Part shown: positions 1 to 13,095 of the stretch, one piece after another
Position numbering within the stretch: the stretch's first letter is position 1
How the letters are laid out: every line of letters starts with the position of its first letter
From: Podarcis filfolensis
Taxonomy: Eukaryota
Reading direction: 5' to 3' (one strand)
Assembly (NCBI GenBank): GCA_964270895.1
Contig: OZ185443.1
DNA: 64,000 nt
Notes under the pieces: generated by a model
Seen by the model: the letters and a program-made list of their open reading frames with translations, nothing else
Told to the model about the DNA's origin: nothing
Databases searched by the model: none
Made by a program: the position numbers and the translations under genes

Positions 1-2386
1 AAAATCTTCTTATTTCATTGCACATGAAAGGCATAGGATGGAGAAGAAAAAGACTCCATCTTATTTGTTAAAATGAATCTTTGATCATAAAATCTTCTGT
101 TTCATTTCCAAATTGGGGGAAATGAGCAACGGCATGATAAAGATGAACAGAAAATCTGAAGAATATGACGGCATCAAAGGATATCATGCATTCATCTTGA
201 TTACATAGGCCTTAGAAATAATTGAAATACTGCTGCTACCAGGGACTTCCTGCAGTGTGGACTAATGCCCTTAAAGCTTCTCACTAAGGACAACAGAGGT
301 ACCTTTTGTCTAAAAGCAGATATGCATGCTGGGAGCAAGAGCCCCATCTGAAAGAGAGGCTCTTTTTTAAAAGGAATGAGATGAAGTACTCCCATTATAT
401 TTTTGAAAAGCTAGAACTGTACAGCACGTTTTTGTTTTTTTTTTAAAGTCACACTAACTCTTTGATTTTAAAGGAAGTGTATTTGCAATAACATAATGTT
501 TGCAATATGGAACACTGGGATGTATCCAGCAAAGGATATCAATTTGCAGAATGGAACTCCCTCTCCCTCTCCCAGAGGGTTCTGGGATTTCCACAGCCCT
601 CCAGCAAATATTTGAGGTGTGCTTGGAGTTATGCAGGGAGAAGATTGGGAGCGGGAATTCTGCTTGTGCAACAGAAGTCCAGCCATGAATAGGAATGCTT
701 CATTGGCTGCAACCCATTGCACTGAATATTTTATTTTCCCTTTGTTCAACAAACGATTTGATTATTTGAGTGGGTTAAGAAATGGAACTTCAATCTACAC
801 TCATTCATCAAACAACTCAGAGGGATACAGAGTTATTAAGCCTCCTCAATACGATTTAAAGAGGCCAGTGCTATTTGTTGGCCTTTGAAACTGTGTATTT
901 CAGTTAGTGGCATTTTTCCCGGAAATGTGACACTTTTAATTTAATTAGTAGTTTTCTTTCCCGCCTCCAGCCCTTGGGATAGGATGGGACTTGGAGGACA
1001 CAATGTATTTTGATAATTAAGAGATCTTAGAAAACAAGGCTTAGACTTCAACCCTTTGCACGCTTACCTGGGCTTGGCAGTAAGCTTAACTGAACTCAGG
1101 TGAGGCTTACTTCTGATGCACAGAAGATGGAGCTGTTAAATACTGTAGCCATTTTCTCCTTACTGAGCATAAGAAAAGCCTTGCTAGATTGGACCATACA
1201 TCTAATCTAAAATTCTCCTTTCTGCAGGGGCAAAACTATTAGCTCTGGAAACAAAACAAAAAAAGGCAAAAAAAGAGAAGGAAATGGTCCTCCTTGTTAG
1301 TAGGCATCAGTCGCAGGTATTCAAAGCTATACCGCCTCTGAGAATGATTTAGCCGTAATTGTTAATACCTGTTGATAAGTCTACCTCAACTGATTTGGTT
1401 GAAGCTATCTAAGGAAGTGGCTAAGCTATCACCATATCTCGGAGCGTTAAAACCCCAAAGGAACCATATGTTGTGTAGTTGTACACTTCCCTTTTCTTCC
1501 TGCATCTACTGAACAATCCATTTCATTGGATCTAAGATTAGTTAGATCAGGTTATCTCTAAGACTTTCACTTTTTAAAAAGAAGCCATCTCCTCTTTTCC
1601 AGTTCCCTTGACTCTCCTCATTAACCATGCTGGCATCCTTCTGAACTTGTCCCTAACTTTCCTAATCTATGCAATGTGTTCTAAGTGAGCTCCTGTTATT
1701 GTGGTTTTAAGTAACCTCAAAGTATTCAGAAGAGATTTGACCCTCTTGACTGTCCCTTTCAACTAGCTTTTAATTAAATTCTCTTCTGAAATTAAGTGTT
1801 GACCATGCTGGATTTTTCTGGGCAGCTTTCCAGTTACTTAAAGATGAATTTGATAGCACTGTTTTGGCACTCTATTAGCTGTAGCTGAGCGATTCAGGAG
1901 CAGCTGCATAATGTGTGAGATCCTGGAAACCACTCAGAATTAAGTCAAGGCTTGCCTCCCTCTCGTTGGCTCCACAACCCACTCTTCAAAGGCACTGTCA
2001 TTTATCATCTCTAGAAAATGTGTCTTTGTCATAACCTGAATGTATATGACTTCCCCAGTGAATATGACTGTAATTGAAGTTGCCCATAATGACAACACTT
2101 TCGTCGTATGGCTGTTGGGCTGATTTCTTTCTCTGATCAGAACCACAGATCAAGAGAGCTGAAAATTTTCATAAATCTGCCCATTGAAATGACATTACAG
2201 AAAGTTCTGCAGATCTTTTTAACGTACAAATAAAAGGTACCTCAGCACACAAGATATATGGATGCAATGTCTACTCTTATAATAAATAACTTCAACCTTA
2301 ATATATTTGTAACACTGTGTGCATGGTTTGTTTTTAATACAACAAAGATTGAATATCTAATCTGTCTATGTGTCTGTCTGTCTATC

Positions 2387-2567
2387 NNNNNNNNNNNNNN
2401 NNNNNNNNNNNNNNNNNNNNNNNNNNNNNNNNNNNNNNNNNNNNNNNNNNNNNNNNNNNNNNNNNNNNNNNNNNNNNNNNNNNNNNNNNNNNNNNNNNNN
2501 NNNNNNNNNNNNNNNNNNNNNNNNNNNNNNNNNNNNNNNNNNNNNNNNNNNNNNNNNNNNNNNNNNN
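2387..2567. other. Assembly gap (181 N), preceded by a TCTG/TCTA simple repeat
   Basis: Run of N seen directly. Confidence 0.99.
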
Positions 2568-3688
2568 AGTTTTTGTCAGGAGCTAATGGGCACCAGATGC
2601 AGGAAATCTTACTGTACCAGAGCAGGATTGGGCCTAGATCTGTGAACTATAACTATGCTAGGTATAGGACAGAATTTTATTTGGTTTGCATTTTAATGTG
2701 AATCTACCTAGTTTTCATTTCCCAGACCAATATTCAAACCAAATACAGCTGTCTTTCAAGAGCCATCCCTCTCTGAATTTTGCAATGCATTCCTATCTAG
2801 TAAAATGCATTATATTTTGGGGGAGTTGCTTGTGAGAATGTATATGGAATTGGGCATGCGAAAGTGCATATGAACCAACTTTATTAGAAGTGGCAAACGG
2901 ATGCAGAAGTGGGACAAACTGGAAAAAATTGACTTTGATAGCTTTGGGGATCACTAATGTCTACTGCTCTGAATCTTATAATAGGGAGGGGAAATATGGA
3001 CTAGCAATATAATTACATTGGCTGCTTGGTAGTCAATCCATATCGAATCTGCGTAAGAGATTGTTCTTTTCTAGTTTATTAGACGTTCTTCTTTCTGACA
3101 AATACAACAGAACCACCCCAATGCACTCTTCTTTAGTATTTCTGAATGTATGCTGTTTGCTTTTTCTGTTGCAAGCCTTTGACATGCTTGTTTACATCTA
3201 CATTATCTTTAACTTTCAAGTATTGCAGCTTTTCCCACCTTGGGCTAGAAACTTCTGGTAATAGCATATAAAAACCAGTGTTTGAGTGTGCGCGTGCAAA
3301 TGATTTGAGTAGAATAATATCATGTACACATTATGCACCTAACTTGGTGAATAAAAGGTTTGTATCATAATTCCCAAACCATGTGCTGTGTGTGAGAACT
3401 ACTAGTGTTCTGTAGAAGAAAATATTTATTTGAACACAAGGTGCCTATCTGTGCTCTTACTTCAACTAAGTTTACTCTTAGTCAGTGATAGTGACCTTTT
3501 AATTCAGAAAAAGGGTACCAAAATTCAAGGACGCGCTATTTGAAAGACCACAATCCTAACTCTATTTACATGCGCAATTCAGTTCAATATGACTTCTGAA
3601 CAGACATATTTAGGATGGTATTACTGACCTTTAATGTGCCTGAAAAAGTCCTGAAAAGAGCAAGCTTCTGCAGATCCTCACTCCATGG

Positions 3689-4234
3689 TTATCATCTTCG
3701 GCGATCACTCGTAGCCGAGTAGGATGGTCTTCCATCCATTGTTAAAAAAAGGTTTTAACAGTGAGTCCGTAAGTGACTGTGGAGGCCAATTCTGGATCCA
3801 CACGTCCTTCCACAGTGGGGACATGGGTTTCCGAGCAGGAGTTGATCATGGTGAGGGTTTGCCAAGCATGCCTTCCTCTTAGCACGTTCTCCCTTTCGTC
3901 CTGAGTTCGAGCGTCTTCAAAGTCCATGACACCTTTGGTAAAGGCTGTTATCCAATTGGAGCACTTGCGGGCCAATGTTTCCCAATTGTCAGTGTTTATT
4001 TGCCTTGAGAGAGTTTTTAAACCTCTTTTGTTGACCACCAGCATTACGCTTTCCATTTTTAAGTTTGGAATAAAGTAATTGCTTTGGAAGACGATAATCA
4101 GGCACCCACACAACATGACCAATCCAGTGAAGTTGATGTTGATTCCTTCAACAGTGGTGATCTTTGCTTCTTCGAGTACACTGGCATTAGTTCACCTGTC
4201 TTCCTAAGTGATGTGTAAAATTTCTGCAGAAAGG
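3689..4234 (-). mobile_element. 5'-truncated RTE-clade LINE (non-BovB), 3' end with C2H2 finger
   Basis: Minus-strand frames give HWIGHVVWVPDYRLPKQLLYSK and CPHCGRTCGSRIGLHSHLRTH, typical of RTE ORF ends. It is flanked by a 23-bp near-direct repeat, TTCTGCAGATCCTCACTCCATGG (3666-3688) and TTCTGCAGACTCTCACTCCATGG (4235-4257). Confidence 0.85.
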
Positions 4235-4770
4235 TTCTGCAGACTCTCACTCCATGGCTATAGCCCTGCCTGGAAGATAAGGAAGCAAGGGATGCAATGT
4301 TTTCAGGGCAGCTAAGGCTTTGTTTCAAAATTCAGTTGACCGGAGCAAGATATCAGCTAGGTTTAAGGCCTCACTCTTGGATACAGTCAATGTAGAGTAG
4401 CTGAGCATCATTGTCGGGCTTGCTTTTTGTGCATCAGAATAGCCGGCAGTTGTCCCTTTTAAAAAAATAAATAAAAGGGATTTGTGCCCTTGCATGAACA
4501 CCCAGCATCTAGATCTGTTTTGCAGTTCATGGGACTCGCCTTGTGTGTAGAACCAGATAATTGGTCAGCAATGCAGGTGCTCCCAAAGACATTGTGTTGC
4601 CTTGAAACACAAAGCTGTTGGATATGGGCCTTGGTTTGCTTTCTAAATGAAAACAGTGGCTGGCATGGTGGGGCAGTGGTAGTGTTTCTGCCACTTGCCA
4701 GGACAGTGCATGGCACTGCCACAGGTTGGCATGACATGTTGGTGAATAGTCGTAACCCACTGCAGCCAAG

Positions 4771-5833
4771 CAATGGCGTAGGAAGGGGGGTGCGGTGGGT
4801 GTGGGCTGCCCCGGGTGTCATCACTGAAGGGGGTGACAAAATGGCAAACATATGTGTTTTTAAAATAAGAAATTCCCATTGCGGAAAAAGGTTTTAAGTG
4901 CTTATGCTCACAATGTTAAGTAAATAAACCAGAAAACAACACTTGCAACTGTAAGTATCTTGTTTATCCTTCTTTTAATAATTTCAATGACAAGAAATTT
5001 TTCGCACCGAGTAGTGGGATCATCTTTAAGGATGGTCCTGGTTGTGGGCAGGCCCCCACGCTGGTTCCTCCCCCCCCCCCGGCATGGGCAGAGTAATGCA
5101 GTCATGCCAGGGTGGCACCACGATCACCCCGGCTGCTTGGCCAATCACTTTTGTGGGGGGTGATCATGGGGGGGGGATATAAAAGGGGCAGGGTGACATG
5201 TGGCAGGCACCTGCTTCACGCTGCCAAACACCTGCACACCCTTCCTTTATTTTAGATGTCTTTTGGCCTTGCTTTGGACTTTGGTTGGTTGCCTGTCTTG
5301 GGCCGGGGGCCGGGGGCCGGGTAGGAATTTTTCTATTTGGCAGATTGGCACTGGCCACTTGGTTTTCGTCTACCTCTTAGCAATCGTCACAACTTTGTAT
5401 GGTTTGGCAGTTAGGCATTGGCTCATTGATTTGTGGGGGAGGGGAGGTCAGCCATTGCCTGCCCCTCCATTGTCCAAGGGTATTCCGTTAAAGGAATCCA
5501 GGGCTTGGATCCTGTCCAAAGTCCGGTTGAGGGGCTAGGGCCATGCCAGGCCTCTGGGAACACCGGGAGAGCTACAGGCAGGTTTCCCTGATGTGGCTTC
5601 CTCTTTGGGTGGTTTACCCTTACTGACCTCCTGCAAAGGGGGCAGGAGTCCGATATAGCCCTTTGCCAACACCTAAGCCAATACCGCTCACATTTCTGTA
5701 ATCAATAAAGTTGTGGCCTAAAGTTTTGTCCAATAACCTTAAACCAAAATTCTATGTCAGTGTGAATTTTATTCTAACGAGGGGCTGGTTTGGGGGCCTT
5801 GCCACACAACCACCTGACCTTGCTATGCCACTG
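4771..5833. mobile_element. Non-autonomous hAT element interrupted by a solo LTR
   Basis: TIRs CAATGGCGTAG and CTATGCCACTG. Perfect 8-bp TSD CAGCCAAG at 4763-4770 and 5834-5841. Confidence 0.85.
4950..5806 (+). mobile_element. Solo LTR (857 bp; gypsy/ERV1-like 4-bp TSD)
   Basis: TGT...ACA ends, TSD CAAC (4946-4949 and 5807-5810), TATAAAA at 5178-5184 and AATAAA at 5704-5709. Confidence 0.85.
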
Positions 5834-5918
5834 CAGCCAAGTTGGCATAGGTTACCAGGAAGTACAGAAGTGAGATTTTGTGTCAGATGTGTTTAGAGAG
5901 CTATGGAGTTACAGGACA

Positions 5919-5920
<2 letters not shown>

Positions 5921-5964
<44 letters not shown>
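5921..5964. repeat. (TG)n microsatellite
   Basis: Seen directly. Confidence 0.97.
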
Positions 5965-5968
<4 letters not shown>

Positions 5969-7163
5969 AGCCTGTTGCCATGGATGGTTTGAGATTATAA
6001 ATTTATCCAGTCCCCTGCATTCCAGGATTCTGCATAGATCAATATTGCTTTTTTTATTTTCCTTGAATGTGGGAGAGCAGATATGCAACAGGTGGTCCTA
6101 AAGGAATCTGGTATTCAAGGAACTAGGAGAAACAATACCTATAAGTGTAGCAATTTGCCCACATGATTTTTATTGCAAGCGACACACTTTCAAAAGCAAT
6201 TAAAAGGCCTGAAGGTTATTGTTTTAAAACTCTTCAATCTAGACCAACAAACCCATGATCTCAGCATCGTGTATAATGCCTTCAAAGGGTGAAGACGGTA
6301 AACTTACAGTACAGAGAGAGAACAAGAGAGATTCACTCTTTTCGTTCTTCCTTAAGATGATATATTTATTGTATTTCTGCCGTGTACATAGTGAACTAAA
6401 GAATTATTAAATAGATTTTCAGTTCAAAGGAGTAAAATGCCAATAATTTCAGCAACTGCACACTTATAAAGCCTGAAGCTCAAAAATGGTGCTTTGTGCT
6501 TAGCTGTGAAACAGAATTGAAAAGGCAGAATTAAAGTAAAAAAATCACTGATGGAATAGTAATTGGCTGCCAGTTGAGAGACAATAATTGTAAATTCCAT
6601 CAAAGTAAGAGCTATAAAATTAAGAAACCTGGTCAAATATCATTAAGTCATGGTTCAGGAATCTTTTTTAAAAAAAATAATAAAGAGTTAACTCAGCACT
6701 GTGATGATGTGCTTTGAAAATAGATGACCTGTGAGCCAAATGTAGCCCCTGAAATCTTATGTGGCCCAGCAAATTTTAGGCAAGGTATGCTAAAATTCTC
6801 AGTTTCACCCATAAGGAAAATTTAAAGTGTGTCCAAATGCTAAGGCAGTTATTCTATGTAGTCATATTGCCTCTCAATTTGTATACAGGGCACATTAAAA
6901 ATGTTAAACTTACCTGTTATGTCTGTGGTCATAACTTTGGCCCTTAATATCCCTTAAAAAAACAAACCCAACAGTTTAAATTTGCAGGTTATTTGTCGTT
7001 TGATGTCTCCAAACCCTGTTGGAGTAGAAAAAGTATGACCCCCCCCCTTAATAGCAGGTGTTGACACTCTCTCAAGCAAGAGCTTAACTTCTCTTAGACA
7101 GGGAGAGGGAAAATGTTCTTCTGAAGAAAGTGTTGTGAGCCATCTATGATGGAAGCCTTATAA

Positions 7164-7299
7164 CAGGTATGGCCAAACTTGGCCCTCCAGCTGTTTTGGG
7201 ACTACAATTCCCATCATCCCTGACCACTGGTCCTGTTAGCTAGGGATGGTGGGAGTTGTAGTTCCAAAACATCTGGAGGGCCAAGTTTGGCCATGCCTG
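7164..7299. mobile_element. hAT-type palindromic MITE
   Basis: Long TIRs CAGGTATGGCCAAACTTGGCCCTCCAG and CTGGAGGGCCAAGTTTGGCCATGCCTG. 8-bp TSD CCTTATAA/CCTGCTAA (6/8). Confidence 0.85.
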
Positions 7300-8129
7300 C
7301 CTGCTAAGAAGCTGCTGCAGGAGTGGGACTGTGAATACCATGGGAGGGGTGTTTCTTGGACCAAGGTGAAACTGTGAAGCTCCCTTCTGACTTTTGCTAT
7401 TGGCTGCTGCGTGTTGTTTATGGTGGAATCTACACACACACATATATAAAAAAAACCTCTGAAAATGCTTTTTTAAAAAAGTTTTGAAAAATATATTGAA
7501 TTTGCTATAGCTCACCATCGCCACCTAGTCTCACATTGGTTTATTTTACTTTACAACATTCTTGAAATGTTTTATTTTCAGCGGGATAGCTGAGTCCTAT
7601 ATAATCTTGTTATATTTATAGTTCTGATTTTTTTGGGGGGGGTATATTTGCTATTGTGTTGCTTTGTTGTGTTGTTAGGGAATTCTTTTTGCACTGTTAG
7701 GTTTTAAAACACATTGTTTTCTTTGTTGTAAGCAACTCTGAGCAGGATTGGGAAAAGTGGCATACAAGCAAAATGAGTGAACGAGTGATAGCTCCAATAT
7801 ACACCTTGTCGAAAAGCAGAGGTGGAAAGAAACAGGGTAGTTCTCAAACCTGCTGTTTCCACACAACGGCCAGGGAAGAATGGTAGTGCAAGGAAGGTTT
7901 GCTCAGAAATTCAAATTACTCCCCCCCTGACAGTCCCCAATAGCAAATTTGTGTAGAGAAAATATTGTGTGACACAGGGCAGCCACAGATTTGTGGTCAA
8001 ACTTCTGGGACATTGGTAGCTCTTTGGTCAAGAGATTTGCTTCTGCTGCACAAGTGCAGCTATTTTTATGCAAGGTCCAAACAACATGTTACATTTTCTA
8101 CATTAATATAACCCTGAGGAGAGTCAAGA

Positions 8130-8488
8130 GGGACGCGGGTGGCGCTTTGGGTTAAACCACAGAGCCTAGGACTTGCTGATCAGAAGGTCGGCGGTTCAAA
8201 TCCCCACGATGAGGTGAGCTCCCATTGTTCCTGCCAACCTAGCAGTTCGAAAGCACGTCAAAGTGCTAGTAGATAAATAGGTAAACGGGAAGGTAAACGG
8301 GAAGGTAAACGGCGTTTCCGTGCACTGCACTGGTTCACCAGAAGCGGCTTAGTCCTGCTGGCCACATGACCCGGAAGCTGTCTGCGGACAAACGCCGGCT
8401 CCCTCAGCCCATAGAGCGAGATGAGCGCTGCAACCCCAGAGTCGGCCACGACTGGACCTAATGGTCAGGGCTACCTTTACCTTTACCT
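8130..8488 (+). mobile_element. Sauria SINE, full length
   Basis: GGGACGCGGGTGGCGCT...AAACCACAGAGCC head and (ACCTTT)n tail. TSD GAGGAGAGTCAA (8116-8127) and GAGGAGGGTCAA (8491-8502). Small internal GTAAACGGGAAG duplication. Confidence 0.9.
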
Positions 8489-10210
8489 TAGAGGAGGGTC
8501 AAAGTTAATCATGTAGCAAAAGTTTTGAATGTTGAAAATGGCCTCTGCTCTACAACCTCTGAAGTATCTTTCATGATGAGACTGAATACAGTGAACATTT
8601 AAGTTGGGAGGGGAACAGGGAGGCATACATTTTATAGTAGTGTGCCATATGGTTATGAATTTAGGTCTTATTATGAAGACCATCTGATGGTTATTTACAG
8701 GGTGCATTGATAGTGGATGCATCAGCCTTTATTTATTTTTTTCCATTCCACTATTAGATTGTTTTTTTTCTGAAATTACAGTGAAAGAGCTTTTTGCTGT
8801 TGTTTTGTCTCCTTTAATGAGATGCACATATGGACCAATCAATAAAACAGAGCTTGGAACCAATTGCCTGTCCTAAAAAGACTACTTCTATTGGAGAGGG
8901 ACAAAATTAGAAATACTCTGGTGTGATGAGTTTGCTGAATTCCTCAGCACTCTGGATATTGCCCCATCTCTTTTTGAGAAGTCTGATATTTTGGTGATAC
9001 TCTTTTCTGAAATCTAATTATGAACTAAGGAAATTAAGAAAAACACAAGGCCTGGAAATACACTTTCTACTTTTTTTTAGAAGAAGCGAATGCAAGAACT
9101 TGGCTTCCCAGGTCCTAGAGATGTAATAATTCCAGGTATGATTTTTGACTCCCAAGTATGCTTATGACTTTGAAACAGGTGAACTACAAGAAACAGAATA
9201 ATCTGATTCCCCCCCCCAAGAGTGTTTCCTGTCCCCTTTTACTCAAGACATGGTTTGAAGGATACTCTATTTTTTTTTCTTTTAGAAAAAAAAGATCTGT
9301 CTGCTCTGGGTGGCCTCTGGGAATTCTGGAAGAACACATTTTTTTATATACAAATTGAATCAGTAGAGCACATAAGTTACCCTCCAGCCAAGGGAAAGGA
9401 AAATTGTATTGGCATGCTCATGGTGCACAAACCCAATGTCTATAGCCTTCAGTCATAAATCCATGGGTAGTGACACCCAGTAGGGTCACTTCAATTGAAC
9501 ACAGGAGTTCAAAAGGTACTTCCAAGTGTCACCTTTTTTTAACTCTAAAATCTCTGCGGGGTTTTTGTTTGAAGGTAGGTTAGAGTCACGTACAGCTTTC
9601 TGGGACAGCAGAAATGCCTGAAGGACATTATGCAGACGGATGCTGCTTCTCCCTTGAAACATCTTTTGGCTTGTAGCTGCAGTGGTTTAGCTTGTATGTC
9701 TTTTATTTTCCATGGGGAGGCTGCTGCAAACAGCTTCCATTTGAGTGATCTATGCCTATGGTTCTAACATCAAGGATGGCTTGCCACTTACTTTTGTACC
9801 CTTCTGGGGCAGGACTTCTCCCCATCAACAGATGCATCCCAGAATGCCAAAAGGTTTCACACATTGGTGGGGAACCACATAAAGCACTCTAGATATGATA
9901 GCGTTTGGCACTGATAATTTGCCACATGGAAACGGTTGTGGCAAGTCTATCATGTAGATTTGCTGTGGAACAGGAAGGGGATCTTCTTACATGGTTAACT
10001 TGAACCTGAGAACCCTTGTTGCCATATGTAAATGTAAATTGCAACCGTCCAACCTCTCAGAATGAAGCAGACTTGAAAATTATTTTAGCATGAGTGCATC
10101 TATTTCCCCATGATGGAAAACAGGAGAAACGGGGTCTCATATGTTTGCAAAGAGATCAGAAGCAACCTTGATCCTGATCTCGGAGTTTTATAATGACCTT
10201 TAACATCATC

Positions 10211-10386
10211 GAGAGCCAGCATAGCGTATTTGTTAGATTGTAGGACTACAACCTGGGCGACCACTGCTCAGCTCACTGTCTCTCAGCCTAACTTGTTTTA
10301 TGAGAATAAGGAGGGGACAACCAAGTATGCTGTCTGGAGTGTCTTGGAGGAAAATTGGGATATAAACCTAATAAATGAATAATAAA
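10211..10386 (+). mobile_element. Decayed tRNA-derived SINE with L2-like tail
   Basis: GAGAGCCAGCATAGCGTA...GTTAGA head-like sequence and an AATAAAT-rich tail. Recognised by eye only. Confidence 0.4.
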
Positions 10387-11334
10387 TTGTTGCTGGTCAC
10401 AAGTTATGAGAAAGTTTGCCAGGTTCTGGCCTGGTGTGAGCTTAGAAGATTCATAATGTTCTCTTTAAGAAACAGGTGAGCATTAAGAGACCCCAGCATT
10501 CATCTCTGGTTCACTTTGAAATGTCAGCTGGAGAAGAATATACGGCTTAAACCCATTCCAGCTTCTATGCCCACCAAATGAGTTTTTGTGGCCAGGAGTG
10601 ATCCCACCTGGGTTTGTGGTGGCCAAAGGAAGTCTCTGCAGCCAAGGATCATTTGAGACTTGAGAGAATCTATGAACTCAGTTGCTTGCAAATGTTTGAG
10701 ATGCTGCTGATTGATGGAGGAAAACCTACCATGCCACAGGGAACTGTCTTGCCCTAAGGAATCCCCTAAGGGATGCAGGAATTTTCCTTCACCAGCAGTC
10801 TTTACGGGTTTGGCCTCTTGTCCTGTTCCTTCTCCCTTCCTATGACTGCTTGCCGTAGAGAAGGGAAGATTTGAGGCAACATGGAGTATGCACAGAACTG
10901 AAGCAGGCTTGTGGGTTTATTAAGGATTTTGGATTTGTTTAGAAATCAGTCAAGCTGTTTCCGATTAGGAAAGAAGTTCAGCTCATTCCAGTTTGAGTAG
11001 GCTGGTGCCTGCCTCTTAAAGACTCTAGAAGTTCTTGCCTCAAATACTTAGAAAAAGCAGTAGGCAATGGTTTTTGCTGACATCTCAGACTCTTTGTTCA
11101 TCTTTGTCAGCCTGTGTTATAGGAAAGTCTTCCAGACTGCTGTAATTATAATGCAGTCTATGATGGCTGTGTGCTACACAGGACCTTGATAGGACTATGG
11201 AAACATAGAGTGGTCAGAGACCTTCATACTTACCAGAATTCTGTTGTAGCAGTTTTCATTGGATCATCCTCATTTCTATACCTATGTGTTATGCATTATA
11301 CATAGATGATGATGATGATCTCTTAAAGCACAGT

Positions 11335-11515
11335 GACTAAGAATGTAAGTGCTCAGCAGAGCAGAGAATTCCTGGTTTAAATCTCACAGTGACCTTAGGC
11401 AACCATTATTCCTTTCAACTCCTACCCTGTCTTCAATATGGTGGTTATAAAAATAGTCTAATTTATAGCGCTATTTTAAGGATTGTTGATAAAATATATG
11501 TGAAGAGCTTAAATA
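11335..11515 (+). mobile_element. Decayed MIR/CORE-like SINE
   Basis: CCTGGTTTAAATCTC...GTGACCTTAGGCAA and AAGGATTGTTGA...ATATGTGAAG resemble CORE-SINE consensus blocks. Confidence 0.45.
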
Positions 11516-12432
11516 TGTATTGCACACATGCTGATATTATATAGATCCATAGCAAGTTTTAATTTGATGCATTTTTTTTGAAAGAAAAAGAAAGATTCAC
11601 AACTCAGAATACTACATTTTGTGTTTCATTGAAAACACCTTAGTACATCTGCGGCTATCAGCTATTCCATGAAATTTATGCTGATGTGCTGTGAAAATTT
11701 ATCTGAAGAATTTGCATGATCCTTACAAATGCATTCTAAATGGTAATAAAGAAACCATGGCTCACATGTTTAGAGGACTTGAGCATGTCCACAAATGTAG
11801 AAATTATTACAAAGGTTATTCAACATGAGAAATATGTGGTGCTATGCCAAAACCTCAGAAAGAAACTTCCATTTCTGTTTCATTCTCAGGGATGTTAAGC
11901 TTACCTTATTATTGAAAGCTGACTGAGGATGGTATCTGGTTTTCTTTCCAGTAAACATTTATGCAGTACTTTTCAGCCTCCCTGGATGCTCATACTCCAA
12001 GATCAGAAAAAGTGCATGTGAGGAGTTATCGTATGATGTCTTCTCCTGGCCTTGCTTTAATACTAGCAATAATATCACCAGTTGTCTGCATCCTGCAGCC
12101 TTCCTGGATGCCCGTGCTTCAAAAAAGCCCAGGTACCCAGGAAGGTTGCAGGATGCAAACCACTGGTGAGATTGTTGGTAGTAAAGGAAGGTCATTCATA
12201 AACACACTTCAGCTGCCTCAAAAGGAAGGTTGGTATGTGTGGGAAACTCAGCACCCAACCTATGGGAAATTCACCAGAAAATACCTCCCTTTGATAATTT
12301 CCAAATAAAATTTCTTCTTTCATAAATTGATGAAGAGTGGCATAAAAAGTAGGAATTATGGAAGAAACAAAGATTGTAAATTTAACTGTGAGGTCAGTCA
12401 AGAAAGGCTCTCAGTCAGTGTCCATATTTTGT

Positions 12433-13095
12433 AATTCTGTGTCCAGGGCAGCTGTCTACCAGCTCTATCTGGTACACAGGCTGAGACTCTACATGCCCGC
12501 AGACTGTCTCACCAGAGTGGTGCATGCTCTAGTTATCTCCCGCTTGGACTACTGCAATGTGCTCTACGTGGGGCTACCTTTGAAGGTGACCTGGAAACTA
12601 CAACTAATTCAGAATGCGGCAGCTAGACTGGTGACTGGGAGTGGCCGCAGAGACCATATAACACTGGTCCTGAGAGACCTGCATTGGCTCCTAGTACATT
12701 TCCGAGCACAATTCAAAGTGTTGGTGCTGACCTTTAAAGCTCTAAATGGCCTTGGCCCAGTATACCTGAAGGAGCATCTCCACCCCCATTGTTCAGCCCA
12801 GACACTGAGGTCCAGCGCCGAGGGCCTTCTGGCGGTTCCCTCACAGCGAGAAGTGAGGTTACAGGGAACCAGGCAGAGGCCTTCTTGGTAGTGGCACCTG
12901 CCCTGTGGAATGCCCTCCCATCAGATGTCAAGGCAATAAGCAACTATCTTACTTTTAAAAGATATCTGAAGGCAGCCCTGTTTAGGGAAGTTTTTAATGT
13001 TTAATGCTATATTGTGTTTTTAATATTCAGTTGGGAGCTGCCCAGAGTGGCTGGGTATAAATAAATAAATTAATAATAATAATAATTAATAATAA
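12433..13095 (+). mobile_element. 5'-truncated L2-clade LINE (RT C-terminus plus 3' UTR)
   Basis: ORF 12358-12891 contains VHALVISRLDYCNVLYVGLP...LQLIQNAAARLV...LHWL. It continues in a shifted frame as VVAPALWNALP...LKAALF, followed by an (AAT)n tail. Confidence 0.9.

Noticed and set aside
2258-2701. ORFs spanning N runs (also 58099-58431)
   Set aside because: Artefacts of assembly gaps.
5200-5538. Hydrophobic 112-aa ORF in the LTR, sharing GPGRNF with ORF 21111-21533 in the related LTR
   Set aside because: There is no in-frame ATG, and the two copies fall out of frame within about 20 codons. The similarity reflects nucleotide homology only.
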